Assembly: GCF_000143415.4 (NCBI RefSeq)
Contig: NW_003314294.1
Location: forward strand, 243,402 to 307,401
Source: Selaginella moellendorffii
Lineage: Eukaryota; Plantae; Lycopodiophyta
Length of the DNA: 64,000 nucleotides
Direction of reading: 5' to 3'
Part shown: one piece after another, positions 39,476 through 52,504 of the stretch
Layout of the letters: every line of letters begins with the position of its first letter
Position numbering within the stretch: position 1 is the stretch's first letter
The notes under the pieces: model-generated
Database searches by the model: none
Told to the model about the DNA's origin: nothing
The model's input: the letters and a program-made list of their open reading frames with translations, nothing else
Translations under genes and position numbers: made by a program

Positions 39476-40852
39476 ATGGATAATCTCGCGGCAGCCTCGA
39501 TGGATAATCTCGCTGCGGCGCTCGCCAGCGGCGGCACCCAGCCCAACATTCTCGGCCCCGTGGTGCCCCTCCTCAAGATCCTGTGTATGTGCATGGTCGG
39601 CCTCCTCCTCACGCATCCACGAATCGGCGTCCTCGGCCCGGATTCCTGCAAGCTCCTCAGCAAGCTCGTCTTCGCGCTCTTCCTCCCCTGCCTCATCTTC
39701 ACGGAGCTGGGCAAATCGGTCACTCCCAAGAACATGCGCGACTGGTGGTTCATCCCCGTCAATGTCCTCGCCAGCTACTTGATCGGCTGCGTCGTCGGCT
39801 ACCTCGTCGCGATCCTCTGCCGCCCGCCGCCCCGGCTCTTCCGATTCACGGTCGCCATGACAGGGATCGGCAACACCGGCAATCTCCCCCTCTCGATCGT
39901 CGGCTCCGTGTGCCATGGCTGGAATCCATTCGGCAAGCAGTGCAAGCAATCCGGGGTGGCCTACGTCTCCTTCGCGCAGTGGGTCGCGGTGATCGTGCTC
40001 TACGTCTTCGTCTATCATATGCTGGAGCCGCCGCGGGATTACTACTGCTACATCGATGAGCTGGGTCGCGGCGAGGAGATCATCGATCAAGAGGGTGGTG
40101 TCCAGGAAGAGGAAGAACAGGAGATCCAGGCGGCCCAGATGCCCGATTTCGTGGAGGCCGAGTGGCCGGGCGTCAAGGACGCCGGGACCGAGGAGACGAG
40201 GACGCCATTCCTGGATCGGATCTTCCGGCGCGCGTCTTTCAACGAGAGGAGGGATCCGGTGGTGGAAGATCACGAGAGAGTGCGGTGCTTGCGCGAGCCG
40301 AGGGTGGTGAGGAAGATGAGGATCTTGGCGGAGAGGACGCCGCTGCAACACATGCTCCAGCCGCCGACGGTGGCGTCGCTGCTGGCGATCCTGGTGGGAT
40401 CCGTGCACTACTTGCAATCGGTGGCGTTTGGCGAGGGTGCGCCGCTCGAGTTCTTCACGGATGCGCTCACGATCCTGGGCAATGCGATGGTTCCTTGCGT
40501 GCTCTTGGTTCTCGGGGGGATGTTCTCCGGAGGTCCGGCAAAATCGGAGCTGGGGCTGCGCACCACAGTCGGGATTTGCGTCGCCCGGCTCGTCGTGCTG
40601 CCCGCGATTGGGATTGGAGTGGTGGTGGCTGCCAATCGCGGAGGATTTCTCCCCCAGGGCGATAAGATGTTCCATTTCGTGCTGCTGCTCCAGCACGCCA
40701 TGCCCAGCTCGATCTTGATGGCCGGATTGACGAGCGTGAGGGGATATGGCGAAAAGGAAGCATCGTCAGTGTTGTTCTGGCAGCACATCTTCTCTGTGGT
40801 GTCGCTCGCGGGTTACATTGGGATCTACTTCAAGTACATTAGCTACATATGA
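39476..40852 (+). CDS. PILS: PIN-LIKES auxin carrier (PILS2-like), intronless
   Basis: LLSKLVFALFLPCLIFTELG, WWFIPVNV, GIGNTGNLPL, AMVPCVLLVLGG and FVLLLQHAMPS. Two hydrophobic blocks flank an acidic loop. Confidence 0.93.
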   Translation: MDNLAAASMDNLAAALASGGTQPNILGPVVPLLKILCMCMVGLLLTHPRIGVLGPDSCKLLSKLVFALFLPCLIFTELGKSVTPKNMRDWWFIPVNVLASYLIGCVVGYLVAILCRPPPRLFRFTVAMTGIGNTGNLPLSIVGSVCHGWNPFGKQCKQSGVAYVSFAQWVAVIVLYVFVYHMLEPPRDYYCYIDELGRGEEIIDQEGGVQEEEEQEIQAAQMPDFVEAEWPGVKDAGTEETRTPFLDRIFRRASFNERRDPVVEDHERVRCLREPRVVRKMRILAERTPLQHMLQPPTVASLLAILVGSVHYLQSVAFGEGAPLEFFTDALTILGNAMVPCVLLVLGGMFSGGPAKSELGLRTTVGICVARLVVLPAIGIGVVVAANRGGFLPQGDKMFHFVLLLQHAMPSSILMAGLTSVRGYGEKEASSVLFWQHIFSVVSLAGYIGIYFKYISYI

Positions 40853-40941
40853 ATCAAGGATATTTTAAGGCTGATTTTAGGGCTCTTGAGCTTACTCTGT
40901 TTTTAGGGTTCTTGACTCTTTTGCCCAAAAATTTGGGGGCA

Positions 40942-42892
40942 ATGGGCATGGGCGTGGAGGGCGTGAAAGCGCTGCAGCTGGACGATGATGCTTTCATCGC
41001 ACTGCTCCGGAAGCTCATCGGCGAGGCGAAGCATCTCCAGAACAATCCGCCGGAGCTGATCCCGCGGGAGGATCTGGCGGCGCGGCATGTTCTTGAGGTT
41101 TTGATGCCGCTCAGCACCGAGTATGGCGGCCCGCTTGTGGTGAAGCATGTCATCTACACGGAAGGGAGGGGGAATGTGATTGTGGAGTATCCAGGCACGG
41201 AAGTTGGGAAGATCGTCTCCTTCGTTGGCTGCCATATGGACGTTGTCACTGCGAATCCGGACGACTGGGTGAGCTTGAAAATTTGGATTTCTTCTTCGCA
41301 TTCTCGGATCCGATCTTCGAGACTTTCTAAGAGGCTGGAGTTCTTCCATTGCTCTGATGAGGTGCCTTTGTTCTTTGTTGTTTCCTTCGCAGGAATTTGA
41401 TCCTTTTAGTCTGAGTATCGATGGTGACAAGCTGAGAGGACGAGGAACTACTGATTGCCTGGGACATGTAGCGCTTGTCACTGATCTCATGAGGCAGCTC
41501 GCGGAGAAGAAACCCAAGCTTAAATCGACCGTGGTGGCAGTTTTCATTGCGAACGAAGAGAATTCATCCGTGGTTGATATTGGAGTCGATGGTTTAGTGA
41601 AAGACGGGCTTTTGGACAGCTTAAAGAACGGTCCACTGTAAGTGTCGCTGTTTTTTTTTTTTTTTCTTCTTCTTCTTACTCTGGTTTTGGTTTTGATCTG
41701 CAGGTTTTGGATAGATACAGCAGACAAGCAGCCGTGTATAGGGACTGGCGGCATGATCTCTTGGAAGCTCACGGCTTATGGAAAGCTTTTCCATAGCGGC
41801 CTTCCACACAAGGTTCGTTATTTCTCTTCTTCCAACTGAATTCTAGAGTAGGTTTATGTAGGCCATTAATCCGCTTGAGCTTTGTATGGAAGCTATGAAG
41901 GAGATCCAGACGCGGTTCTACTCTGATTTCCCCGCACATCCAAGTGAAGAACGCTATGGTTTTGCAACACCATCCACGATGAAGCCCACGCAGTGGAGCT
42001 GTAAGTATTCTGTGGAATACATGACATTTTTTACCTTGAAACTCGTTTTTGAAGATCCCGGAGGTGGAGTGAATCAGATCCCTGGCCAGTGCACGATTTG
42101 TGGAGACTGCAGGTCCGTTTTTTTTTATGTTTTCTCTAGTAAATGCTCACATAATGCTGATCTATCGTAGGATCACACCATTTTACAAGTGAGCCTCTTA
42201 AGTTTGACGATCGGATCAGTTGACTAAACTTCTGGTGTGACTAGTGTCCAAGACGTAGTAAAAAAACTCAAGAGCTACGTGGATGACATCAACGCGAATA
42301 TTGAAAAGCTTGGAGTTAGGGGCCCGGTTTCTAAGTATACACTACCAGAGGAGGGCCTGAGAGGAAGGTAAGCTCTTTTGTGTAAGTTTTGGAATCTTGA
42401 CAACGCATTTTCTCGTTTTTTATCGTATTTCCAGATTGACTATGGAATTCGATGAGATGATGATGTCTGGCGTGGCGTGCAATCTTGATTCCCCGGGCTT
42501 CCATGCGCTGTCCAAGGCCACTGAAGAAGTCGTGGGGGTTGTCAAGCCTTACTCCATCACGGGCTCTCTTCCTTTGATTCGTGAATTGCAGGTATGTGTT
42601 TTTCCTTTTCGTTGTTTCGTTCTCTGACGATCTCTTTCTTTGTATTCGTCATGCACGACTGATGCTCGATCACAGGATGAGGGCTTTGATGTCCAGACCG
42701 CAGGCTATGGTAAGCAGCTTGAGCGTTTCGTGTGAAGCTTTCAGTTTTGATATGGATATGCCCCGTTTCTCAGGATTGATGTCCACATACCATGCTCGTA
42801 ACGAGTACTGCTTGCTGTCTGATATGCGCCAGGGCTTCCAAGTTATGGCCAACATCATCTCGCGCCTAGAAGAGTGTCGCCTAGAAGAGTGA
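40942..42892 (+). CDS. NAOD: Acetylornithine deacetylase (M20 peptidase family), ~10 exons including an ~18-nt micro-exon at 42171-42188
   Basis: GCHMDVV, LRGRGTTDCLGH, FIANEEN, GKLFHSGLPHK, YSITGSLPLIRELQ and YHARNEYC. Canonical short introns. Confidence 0.93.
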
Positions 42893-43270
42893 AGTGAGCT
42901 ACAGGGTTATGTCTATAACGCAGAACTTTGGCTATGGATTTCACAGTACCAAGTCCAGCTGATATAGCTTTCTTGCAAATATTCCAGGAAAACCTTTCAA
43001 TCCATAAGTTTCTTTTGCCTCTCGTGCTGCTTTGAGGATCAGCAGCGCAAGCATATGCGACTGCAAATCTGAACAACTGGGTAAGCTTTTTCTGGATCTA
43101 GGTTTTATCTCGCATTCTCTAGAGCGATCTTCGCAATTTTCTTTTAGTGATCTGTGTAGCGCTTGTAAAAACACAAGCTGATTTTTACTTCTACGTTTGA
43201 GAACCCTTTGAAAATGGTTCTTTTTTCTTTTCTTTTTGAGAGAGAGAGAAAGAGCGAGCTTTGTGGCGCC

Positions 43271-44125
43271 CAATGGGGCATGGGACCCCTCTCCTCGGTA
43301 AGAAGGCGAATCCGGATGACTGGGTAAGCTGGAAAATTTGGTTTTCTTGTTCGCATTCTCGGATCTGATCTTTGAGAATCTCTTTTTTCTGTTCCAACTG
43401 GCTAGAGTTCTTCCATTTCTATTGGAAGTTTTCTTTTTTTTTTCTGATGAGGTGCCTGTGTTCTTTGTTGTTTTCTTCGCATGAATTTGATCCTTTATCT
43501 ATGGTGACGAGCTAAGCGGACGAGGAACAACTGAGGGACATGTAGCTCTTGTCACTGATTTCATGAGGCATCGAGGGACATAGGGCATAGCAACCGGCAT
43601 GATCTCTTGGAAGCTCACGGCTTATGGAAAGTTTTTCCATAGCGGCCTTCCACACAAGGTTCGTTATTTTCTCTTCTTCCAACTGAATTCTAGAATAGGT
43701 TTATGTAGACCATTAATCCGATGGAGATCCAGACTCATTTTCCCGCACGTCCAAGTTATGGTTTTGGGACACTACGTGGAGCTGTAAGAATACATGACGG
43801 TTTTAACCTTGAAACTCGTTCTTGAAGATCCCGGAGGTGGGCTGAAGCATATCCCAGGTTGGTGCACGATTTGTAGGAATTGCAGCTCCGTTTTTTATGT
43901 TTTTCTCTAGTAAATGCTAACATAATGCTGACTTTTCAGATTGACTAAACTTCTGAAGACGTCTACGTGGATGACAGCTGGCTACGGTAAGCAGCTTGAC
44001 CGTTTTGTGTGTTCCCGTTTCTCAGGATTGATGTCCACGTACCATGCACAGAGCGACATCTTGCTATCTGATATGCCCCAGGGGTTCCAAGTTATGCCAA
44101 CATAATTTCTTGCTTAGAAGAGTGA
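43271..44125 (+). pseudogene. Deleted NAOD duplicate (exons and introns retained in pieces)
   Basis: Colinear pieces match NAOD 40941-42892, e.g. MISWKLTAYGKFFHSGLPHK. Many deletions. Confidence 0.9.
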
Positions 44126-44201
44126 ATATGTTCATATGTTTATGTTATATGTGTCTATAACGTTTAACATGATTAGAATATGTGGTTTAGGTCAGGCTCA
44201 T

Positions 44202-45161
44202 ATGGATCTGATACCATGGTGGGAGATCTTTTCGCGTCTGGACAATTGGAGCATAGTCCGTGCAAGCAGTGTGTGTAAGTCATGGAGGGACATAATCCAA
44301 TCCCCAGACTTCAAAGCCAGGGGTGTGATGGATCAAGGGGTTTGGATTCTCACTTATGTCAATGATGTGTTGAGGGCGTGGTGTCCACTCTCAGGCTTTT
44401 TTTTGGATGAGCCTTTCCCAAGCTTTGAGTGTCCTTATAGAGTTTTGGCTATTGAGCATGGGCTGGTGCTTTTGCGCTGTGGATCAAAGAGCTATGTTGG
44501 CAATCCCGTGCTCATGGAATGGAAAGAAGTGTCTCCCATTGACAAGATATTTCTCAAGACCGATAAGGTGGATGAAGAGATCCTATGGTCTCACAAAGTA
44601 CTATTTAGCGTTGATCGCCAGAGGTACTCCATATATGTTATCAATAGCGACTGGTTGAACGAAATTTCTGTTATATATGACTCATCCGTGAGTGCTTGGA
44701 GAATCGATCCATCTCTTGGTCCGGCTCTAGAAGCTAGAGCTAAACCACAGTATTCTTTAGCGATAAAGGAGCCGAGAAGTTACATCAGTCATTTCGAGTA
44801 TAAGGGGCAAAAAACGCTTGAGGTGATTACTAACAACGAGTTCAGTGTCTGGGAAGAGAGGGATCCATCAATTCGAAAATGCATGAGCGACATTCATAAG
44901 ACGTTTGAGGTGGATAAGAGTCGGTGGAACTTGGTGGCAAAAATTGGCATACCTAAGCGCGAAAAATATAATTGTCACTACCTAGAAACCCTGTATATCT
45001 TCTGGTCCAAAGAAGCCCGCCCAAAACTTCGTCCTTTTGTCGTGGACCTGGAAACTAAAACCGCATATGTTTTCCCACGCAAGTACAGGCGTGACCGATT
45101 TTCGAGCACTGTTTATATTCTGATTGGAAAAACCACCCCGGTTCCAGACCAACTGAAATAA
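44202..45161 (+). CDS. F-box protein, lineage-specific, single coding exon
   Basis: N-terminal F-box MDLIPWWEIFSRLDNWSIVRASSVCKSWRDII, and HGLVLL..YVGNPV (F-box-associated-like). Confidence 0.8.
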   Translation: MDLIPWWEIFSRLDNWSIVRASSVCKSWRDIIQSPDFKARGVMDQGVWILTYVNDVLRAWCPLSGFFLDEPFPSFECPYRVLAIEHGLVLLRCGSKSYVGNPVLMEWKEVSPIDKIFLKTDKVDEEILWSHKVLFSVDRQRYSIYVINSDWLNEISVIYDSSVSAWRIDPSLGPALEARAKPQYSLAIKEPRSYISHFEYKGQKTLEVITNNEFSVWEERDPSIRKCMSDIHKTFEVDKSRWNLVAKIGIPKREKYNCHYLETLYIFWSKEARPKLRPFVVDLETKTAYVFPRKYRRDRFSSTVYILIGKTTPVPDQLK

Positions 45162-45245
45162 CCATTGTTATTTGGAATGCCTCGTCCACTTTCTAAATTT
45201 GTTCTAGGAAGCAAAAATAGAAAAATTACTAATATTCAATGCTTG

Positions 45246-45812
45246 GATATACCTAGAATACATTTGAATATTCTAGGATATTTTACCATTTAATGGTTGT
45301 TATTCATTTAGATTAATCTTGTATTTATAACATGTTTATAATTTATAAACTTTCTTAAACCCTTTCTAATATATTCTTTTTTATTCTATCATCTAATGGT
45401 GCAATAAGATTGATCTTGTATTTAAAAATTACAAACATGCTTATAATTATAAACTTTATTTGATCAATTGAATTAAAAATTAAAAATAACACTACTATTA
45501 AGAAAACCAAGCATTTCTACATGCAAAGCATAGCAACTAATTATATATTAGATATATTTAAATAATTTGCTATGCATTGCATGTATTAATTTAATTGATA
45601 TAAACATGTTCATAATTTATAAACACAAGATTAATCTTATTCCATATCAACCATTAGATGGTAGAATAAAAAATAATATACTAGAAAGTGTTTAAGAAAG
45701 TTTATAAATTATAAACATGTTTATAAATTATAAATACAAGATTAATCTAAATAAATAACAACCGTTAGATGGTAGAATATCCTAGAATATCCAAGCGTAT
45801 TCTAGGTATATT
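45246..45812. mobile_element. Foldback/MITE with ~180-bp inverted arms
   Basis: atatacctagaatac..ttctaggatatt..gattaatcttgtatttataa is mirrored at 45620-45812. A related half-copy lies at ~9560-9750 and ~18170-18360. Confidence 0.8.
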
Positions 45813-46019
45813 CACTACCATCCTACAGGTTTAACCAAAAATCTTAAAATTATTTTTAAAATCCAGAAATTTTACAGTGAGGTATTCTTTTTTAAGCTTA
45901 AGAGAGCCTGCCATAAACGATGTACTTAGAATGATAAAATGATGATAGACATTATAAGACCGAATAGTAATACAAGGGAGACATAAGACCACTATACCTA
46001 CCTTCTACACTCCTTACAC

Positions 46020-46530
46020 TCTTTTGTGCTCCTCCGATCTGCACAGGTAGATAAGGCTAGAGAGATCCTTCTCGGCCCAAGGAATCCCAGGGAATTGATC
46101 CCACAAAGGCTAGAAGGCTGTGCAGTCGTATAGGACATGAAAGGCGTCCTCTGCCTGGCGGGAGTACAAAGGAGGCAGTCTCAAGGTGCCAAGGTGTTCT
46201 AGTCCTTTCACTGCAAACCAGTGGGCCGAGCCTTGGTGATAGACCCGTCCCATTGAATTCACTGTCAAGCAATAGATTTCATACTTGACAGCCATGAGCA
46301 TTCTCTCGCCCCATGCTTGTTCCATCCACCAGGTGCAGTTGTCCATGGGACCTTGAATTATCTCCTTGATATCTAGCTTCGTAAATAAGACGTTGATAGC
46401 ATGCATGGAGAGCTTGGTTTGGAGCTATGACAAGCACGGCTGTGTTCCGATGACATGCTTCATGCAGGGAGCTCCAATTGCCAGACCAAAATATTATAGG
46501 GTATGAGACATTCCTCCTGCATATAGAGGG
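46020..46530 (-). mobile_element. Non-LTR (LINE) remnant, 3' region
   Basis: Homologous to 51390-51760. EDAFHVLYDC resembles the decayed C-terminal zinc finger of LINE ORF2. Confidence 0.55.
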
Positions 46531-47308
46531 AATATAACTTTTTTTTTTCACATCATGTTATTTAGTTTGTCGATCTCTAGATATTTTTGTTTTCGTCTTC
46601 TACCATATGTCATATATAACATTCCAATCCACTGCTTTTTGTTGTTTTGCATTTATATGCAAGAATATGGGGATAGGTAGTTTTTGAGCTGAGCTTACGA
46701 GCTGAGCTCAAGTCAATGAAAATCAACAAAAGTCATAAGAAGTTAATATAAAACTAACAAAAGTTTAATGGCATTCCCAAACCAAGAATTTTTAACTTAA
46801 AATTTAGGTGTTTAAATTTATTCGTTCAACACTAACTTTAGTTTACAAAGAAAAAAACAATTATTAAACAGCATAATTATTATTTATTCAGTTTTCTTCT
46901 ACTTTCATGTCTAACAAAGTAGGAATGGGTATAATGGAATACTTTTTCCCTATAGACTTGTATTGCATGTAATATTGTGCCATGTGTTCAGCATAAACAG
47001 GTAAGTGGAATTGACTTTAGTTAATAAATATTGTAAACACTACTCCCAAGAATATCCTCACTTAACTCTGGATCACATGGTACTTAACTCTCAGTCATGA
47101 CTGTTTGCTGCTATGGCTCCATAGCTGCTGCAAGCCTGCAGCTCTCCCTAGATCGTGATGCTGTGGCTATATCTAACTCTGGATCTACTGCATCACAATT
47201 TACCAATCATAGTCAAAAGAGCAAATTTCACTAGTTGCTAATGTATCATGATGGCAGGGTATAATTGATATATTAATATAAAGTTTGGATTATAAAGTGG
47301 TTATTTTA

Positions 47309-48529
47309 CTAAGTAGTGGGGTATGATGACTGTCCGTTCATCCCACACATCCCTTCTCCATCCTTTTTCTTGATTTTCATGAATCCATTCTCCCCCCAGG
47401 AAGTTCCCCACGAGTTTTTGATGATCCAGTAGGGCATCCCACCTTCGGTTCCATATCCAATGACCAAGACCGCATGATCCCGCGAATTGCTGCACTGACC
47501 AGAAAGAATTCCCTGGAAAACGATGTAATTAAGTTAGAAATAAATAGAAATAATATTTGAGATTTTCTTACACTTCTGTAATTCTGGAAGTTTTGGTCGC
47601 TGCCGCAGATGCCAACGGTCACGGGAGTTTTGGAGACTGCTTTCATCAGGGCGTCAGCACTGTCCTTTGTGACGTCTTTATAACCAGTGATCTCCACCAC
47701 CTTATTCTTTAAAGAACAAAAAACAGCTATAATATGAAATAATTAGTGAAGTATACCAACCTTGTTCGCGTTGCAACTGCCTGCAAATCCTGTATATGGA
47801 TAGGCCTCCTCCGTGGTGACACCACCGTTTTCCACCACGAACTTAAACGCATCCTCCGGAAACCCACCCTGGCATCCTTGGTCTACCGTGTCACAGTCTA
47901 TCAATTGCTGCTCGGACAGAGAAACGAGCTCCTTCGTCGCCAGAAAGTGTGCACTCTCGATCGATGCAATCGCCGAGAAAGCCCAGCAGCTCCCTGTGGA
48001 TCACGCGAATCACCCACACCCACAAAGGCCAAATAGAAGAGAGATTAGAAAAAAAAAAAAAAAAACGACGAGTTCTTATCATACCGCACTGGCCCTGATC
48101 TTTAATCGGTGTCACAGCTCCCTCCTGCCTCCAATCCAAGCTCGTCGGGAGGCTCGACACGTCCACGTCCACGTCCTTGGCCGGGCGGCGATCCTGGTAG
48201 CGCGGGGACTTGAATTTGCCAACGTAATTGGCTCGGAACTCGGCATTTGTGAGATCCGAGAACTTGTTGAGGCCGAGCGTGAAGGTGGTGTTGGGCTGCG
48301 CGTTGTGCTTCTCGATGTACGCCAAAGTGTCGGAGAAGATCATCAGCCTGCGAGCCTTCTCCGAGTCGCTGCTGTAACTCTTGCCGTGCTTGGCAGCCCA
48401 ATCCTCGAACATGTTCTTGATCTCTAGAGCGCGATCGCCTTCCAGAGCCGCTGGCCGCGCAATCGCAAACGGTGCTGCCCATACCACCACCAGCAAGATC
48501 AAGATCAAAGCTATCATGTTGCTCGCCAT
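47309..48529 (-). CDS. Papain-like cysteine protease (C1A), copy 3 (inverted), 4 exons
   Basis: Same structure and catalytic motifs with several substitutions. The final TCG>TAG shortens the protein by one residue. Confidence 0.93.
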
Positions 48530-49109
48530 GGATGATTGCTTTGCACTTGCACGAGTGAGCTTATATACTGAAAGTTTTAGCTTCGGGCCGAACCTGTAAA
48601 GATGACGGGCCCCATACGATATGCATGTAAGGTTTACGTTTGCCAGTGTTATAGAGGTTCGGGATTGAACTATCCTTGCGATGGAAGCATGGAAAACACG
48701 TAAAAGCCCGTGAAAACATTCAACATTTCAACATTCAATATTCAACATTCAAATGCCCTTCCGTGTACGTTCCAATAGTTTCAGCATTTGAAGTTATATA
48801 CTTAGAATATCCAAGTACGATATTCCTTAATGTAATGGTTGTGATTCCTCAATTGCATTAATATGACTAAACAAAATTAGTCAAGGAATGCCCACAGAGA
48901 ATGTAAATCAAGATGAGTCATAGCCAAAAGCTTTGGTGATTTTCATTCTAGATGCATTGGAGAGTGGGAGAAGGATGCGGCTGGCTGGTTCCTGTGTGAT
49001 TGATCATCCCAATGAATTCTTACAGCGTACCAAAAGATACAAAAAATCAAATCAAAGACGTATAAAAGACTTTCACTAGCATATTCCTAGCATATCCACT
49101 ATAAACCTT

Positions 49110-50120
49110 TGCGCCTCGACGACCACTTGCAATTCCAGTCGCCCTTCCAGGTGCGCCAGACCTACGCCGCGCTCCTAATGCGGCAGACCTACCGCAGGGG
49201 CGGCGAATCCACGCCCACATTGTCGCCTCCTCGGCGATCACCTCCTCCAGATGTATGGCAAATGCGGCAGCGTCGACGACGCCATCCAGGTCTTCCACGC
49301 CCTCCCGCGAAGAAGCCTCTTCTCCTGGAACTTCATCATCGCGGCATTCGCCAAGAACAGGCATGGCTGCAAGGCGATCGAGATGTTTAGGAGCATGGAC
49401 TCGGCGGGGATCAAGCCCGACATCGCTACTCTCAGCGTCCTTGGCGCTTGCTCCAGCTTGAGGGATCTGGAAGAAGGCCGGAGAACGCGCTTGTGAGCAT
49501 GTACGCGCAGGCTGGACGTTGCGAGGGCCGAGCGCTGGAGCTTTTCGAGAGTTGGGAAAGAGGCGCATTCGAGGCTCTCACCTGGAAGCCAATGTGTCCG
49601 TGGCCTCTGCGACCATGTACGGCAAGTTTGGGAAAGTCGGAAGCTTGTTGATGAGTCAGAACGCTGCTAAGAGTCACCTTGTCCGGCTGCTCGAGAGCTT
49701 CTCGGTTCCTCCTGTGCTGAGTGTAGGCCACGACCCAGGAGACAACGTCGTGAGCTCTCACTTTCGAGAGAATCCCGTCAAGTTCGTTGCACTTCCCATT
49801 TCTGGATTCCTACTATTTAAATTTCGATTGTTCACATTCGGCAAGAGTGGGACGGGAAAGACCTCTAACACTGGTTGTCCCGGAGCTGGTGTGAGAGCTA
49901 ATGTTCGACGCAGTGCCACAACTAGTGCCAGAGCTGGTGTCGAATGCAGTGCTGGAGCAGGTGCCAGAGATGGTGCTGGACACTGTGTCGAAAGTGGAGC
50001 TGGCCATGGAGATGGTGTTTGCACTTGAGACCTTGGTGCGTTTTCTGTGGGAGACTCCAACCATGGCTCTTCACTACCCCAATCCCATGTCTCCCAAACT
50101 AAATCCATGGATGGAGGCTC
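49110..50120. pseudogene. PPR plus Pro-rich fragment mosaic, inverted paralog of 6290-7270
   Basis: MYGKCGSVDDAIQVFHALPRRSLFSWNFIIAAFAKNRHGCKAIEMF (+) and PAPSLAPAP..PAPGQP (-). Confidence 0.8.
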
Positions 50121-51189
50121 ATCTTTTCCATAGCAGCCTTCCACTACAAGGTTCATTATTTTCTGAATTCTAAATCCCAGGCTTTAAACGTTTTCCTACA
50201 ACACTAACTTCTCTACAATGTGATGATTCGAACACAATTATAAAGATTCGTTTTTTGGATTATGCCAGTAGTGATCAAATTCTGCAAGGAAAAACACTAA
50301 GACCTTGAAGTCCCTTCTTTCCTTGAGATCTCGTTCACAAAGCGACACCAGTTCCAGCTAGTGAGCAGCACAACAACAAGGCCACTGACACAAAAGCAAT
50401 AATCCAACTTGCATTTTTGCATCCATCGGTCTCATGCTTCTAGTTAAGCACCTCAAGACTATCAAAACATGATCTCTCTCTCTCTCTCTCTCTCCTAATT
50501 GATTGATTCAAATAATCCCCAAAAGACACCAAGGGACACATCTTTTCATTACTGTTTTTATTCTAATTGGAAACACCACCCTAGTCCCAGGCCAGCTGAT
50601 GTAGTAGCCAATATTGCCTGCAATATGGGCAACCCAAGTCTTGAACCAAGTTGATCTCTATGTTGCTAATTTGTGGGACATCAACCTGGAGTGACAAGAA
50701 GTATAAGAAATCTGTCAAGAGAAGTGTAAAAGAACAACTCTTTGTAATAAACTTGGAGTTCACTTTTTTTAGAAACCTAGTGCATTTTACTTAAGGTAAT
50801 ATTAGAAGTATAATATACTTTAGGGATAAATTTATTTTATTTTTAAAACACTTTTTTTGCTTAAACTATATTAGCTATGTTTTTAATGAGTTGGTGACAG
50901 TATAATTCAGCTAAAATCACACTCACCTTGTTCAATTATCTTTCAGAACCACACTCAATGAGAGTATATCTTTGTGAATAATTAAAACCGGTTAGTTTAT
51001 ACTGCCAAAAATAAAATAATCTTCTTACACTCACAAAATAAAAAAAACAAATCTATATCAATCTATAGTTTAAACTTTCTTGGATTAACTCTTGACCTCT
51101 TAGCTCACCTCAAGAACAAAGCTCGCCAGCTACCATAGACAAACAAAGAATACATGGGAGGAGGATCCACAAGACATGGTGGTGGGGCA

Positions 51190-52350
51190 CCGCCTCACCC
51201 ATGGGATTGGCCATAGCAGGGTAGAGGACGACTTTAAAAAATTGAACAGCCTTACCATTCAGTAACAATCAAGAGTGCCATTGATCCAGCTCCAGATCCC
51301 AACCGATGAGCGCCCTAAGGAGGTTAAAGCTGATGAATTAGAAAACCGAAACATAAACCATCCCTACAGTCTCTTGTGCTTGAGCCGTCTGAAGCTCCTC
51401 AATTCTACGCAGGTAGATAGCCAAGTGGTGTGAAGCAGCAGACTAGAGAGATCCCTCTCGGCCAGAGGTATTCACATGACGACTAGTTTCCACCCTGATT
51501 CCTGCCCCTGTATGCGGCTAGCATATATCACACCTAGGGAGGAACATGGTGATATCCTGTCCCATTGGATTCACACCATGTGCATTCTATTGTCCAACCA
51601 TTTACACAAAGCTTGGGCAAATCACTAGGTGTAGTTGTCCATGGGACCTTGAATGATCTCCTCAAGATCCAGCCCAAAGCGCATCATCCAATCCTTAACA
51701 TCAGACCACTAGCCCCTGTCTTTCATACATAAGACTGCACGCATGGAGAGCTTGTTTTGGGACAGTTTTATATAGCTTAGCAACCAGGGTGCGGGGACCT
51801 GGAGTTGCTGATCAACAGATGCTACGGAACATGATCCAAGGCTTTAGCTAAATCGACATATCCCAGGAAAAGCACTCGGTTTCACTTGAAGTGTAGCCTC
51901 TCAAACAGAGAATTATCAATTGGTCAATACAGGAGTAAAGCCCGCTTGCCCATTCACATGCAACCCAGTCGTCTCCAGCCAATTGGACAGCTCTCTGTCA
52001 ATGAAACAGGCAAACACCTTTGCAAATACTCGCCACAGCCACAGCCTAGGGCGGATAAGTCTATTAATTGTCCATCACATGCCTATTTTCCAGCTGCCGG
52101 TAACATCTTAGTCAGGCCTAGAAAGCTCATTGTTTCACTGTGGCTGGTGAGCTTGTGCACAACCAGTTCCACCATCCAACCTGAGGGATCTGTGGGGTTT
52201 GGATAGCTTAGTCTGTGCCATGCAATTCCCCACAAGGCTATCACGTGATGGGTGTTCAAAGTCAATAACCTAACCAACGGGTTAGATTTTACCAAAGTGC
52301 TCTGCCCGCCATCTCGAGACACAATATTCTCTCCTGCTGGTGTGCGGGTA
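51190..52350 (-). mobile_element. Degenerate LINE (RTE-like) reverse transcriptase remnant
   Basis: Minus strand ~51950-51810 reads GQAGF..CIDQLIIL..VLFLGYVDLAKALDHVP, matching the non-LTR RT QxGF/xDxxKAFD motifs. Confidence 0.7.
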
Positions 52351-52504
52351 GCCAGGCCTCGCAAGTGTACATGATTTAAATTTAAATATGTATTAACTGT
52401 AAAATGGTAAAATATGCTAAAATACACTTGAAAAAATATGCCAAAATCCAAGCATATTCTACATGTGGACTAAATAAAACTTCTATTGTTCAGATGTGGC
52501 TTAT

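Noticed and set aside
39389-40696. 435-aa antisense ORF over PILS
   Set aside because: Shadow frame expected from high-GC3 codon usage; Arg/His-rich with no motifs.
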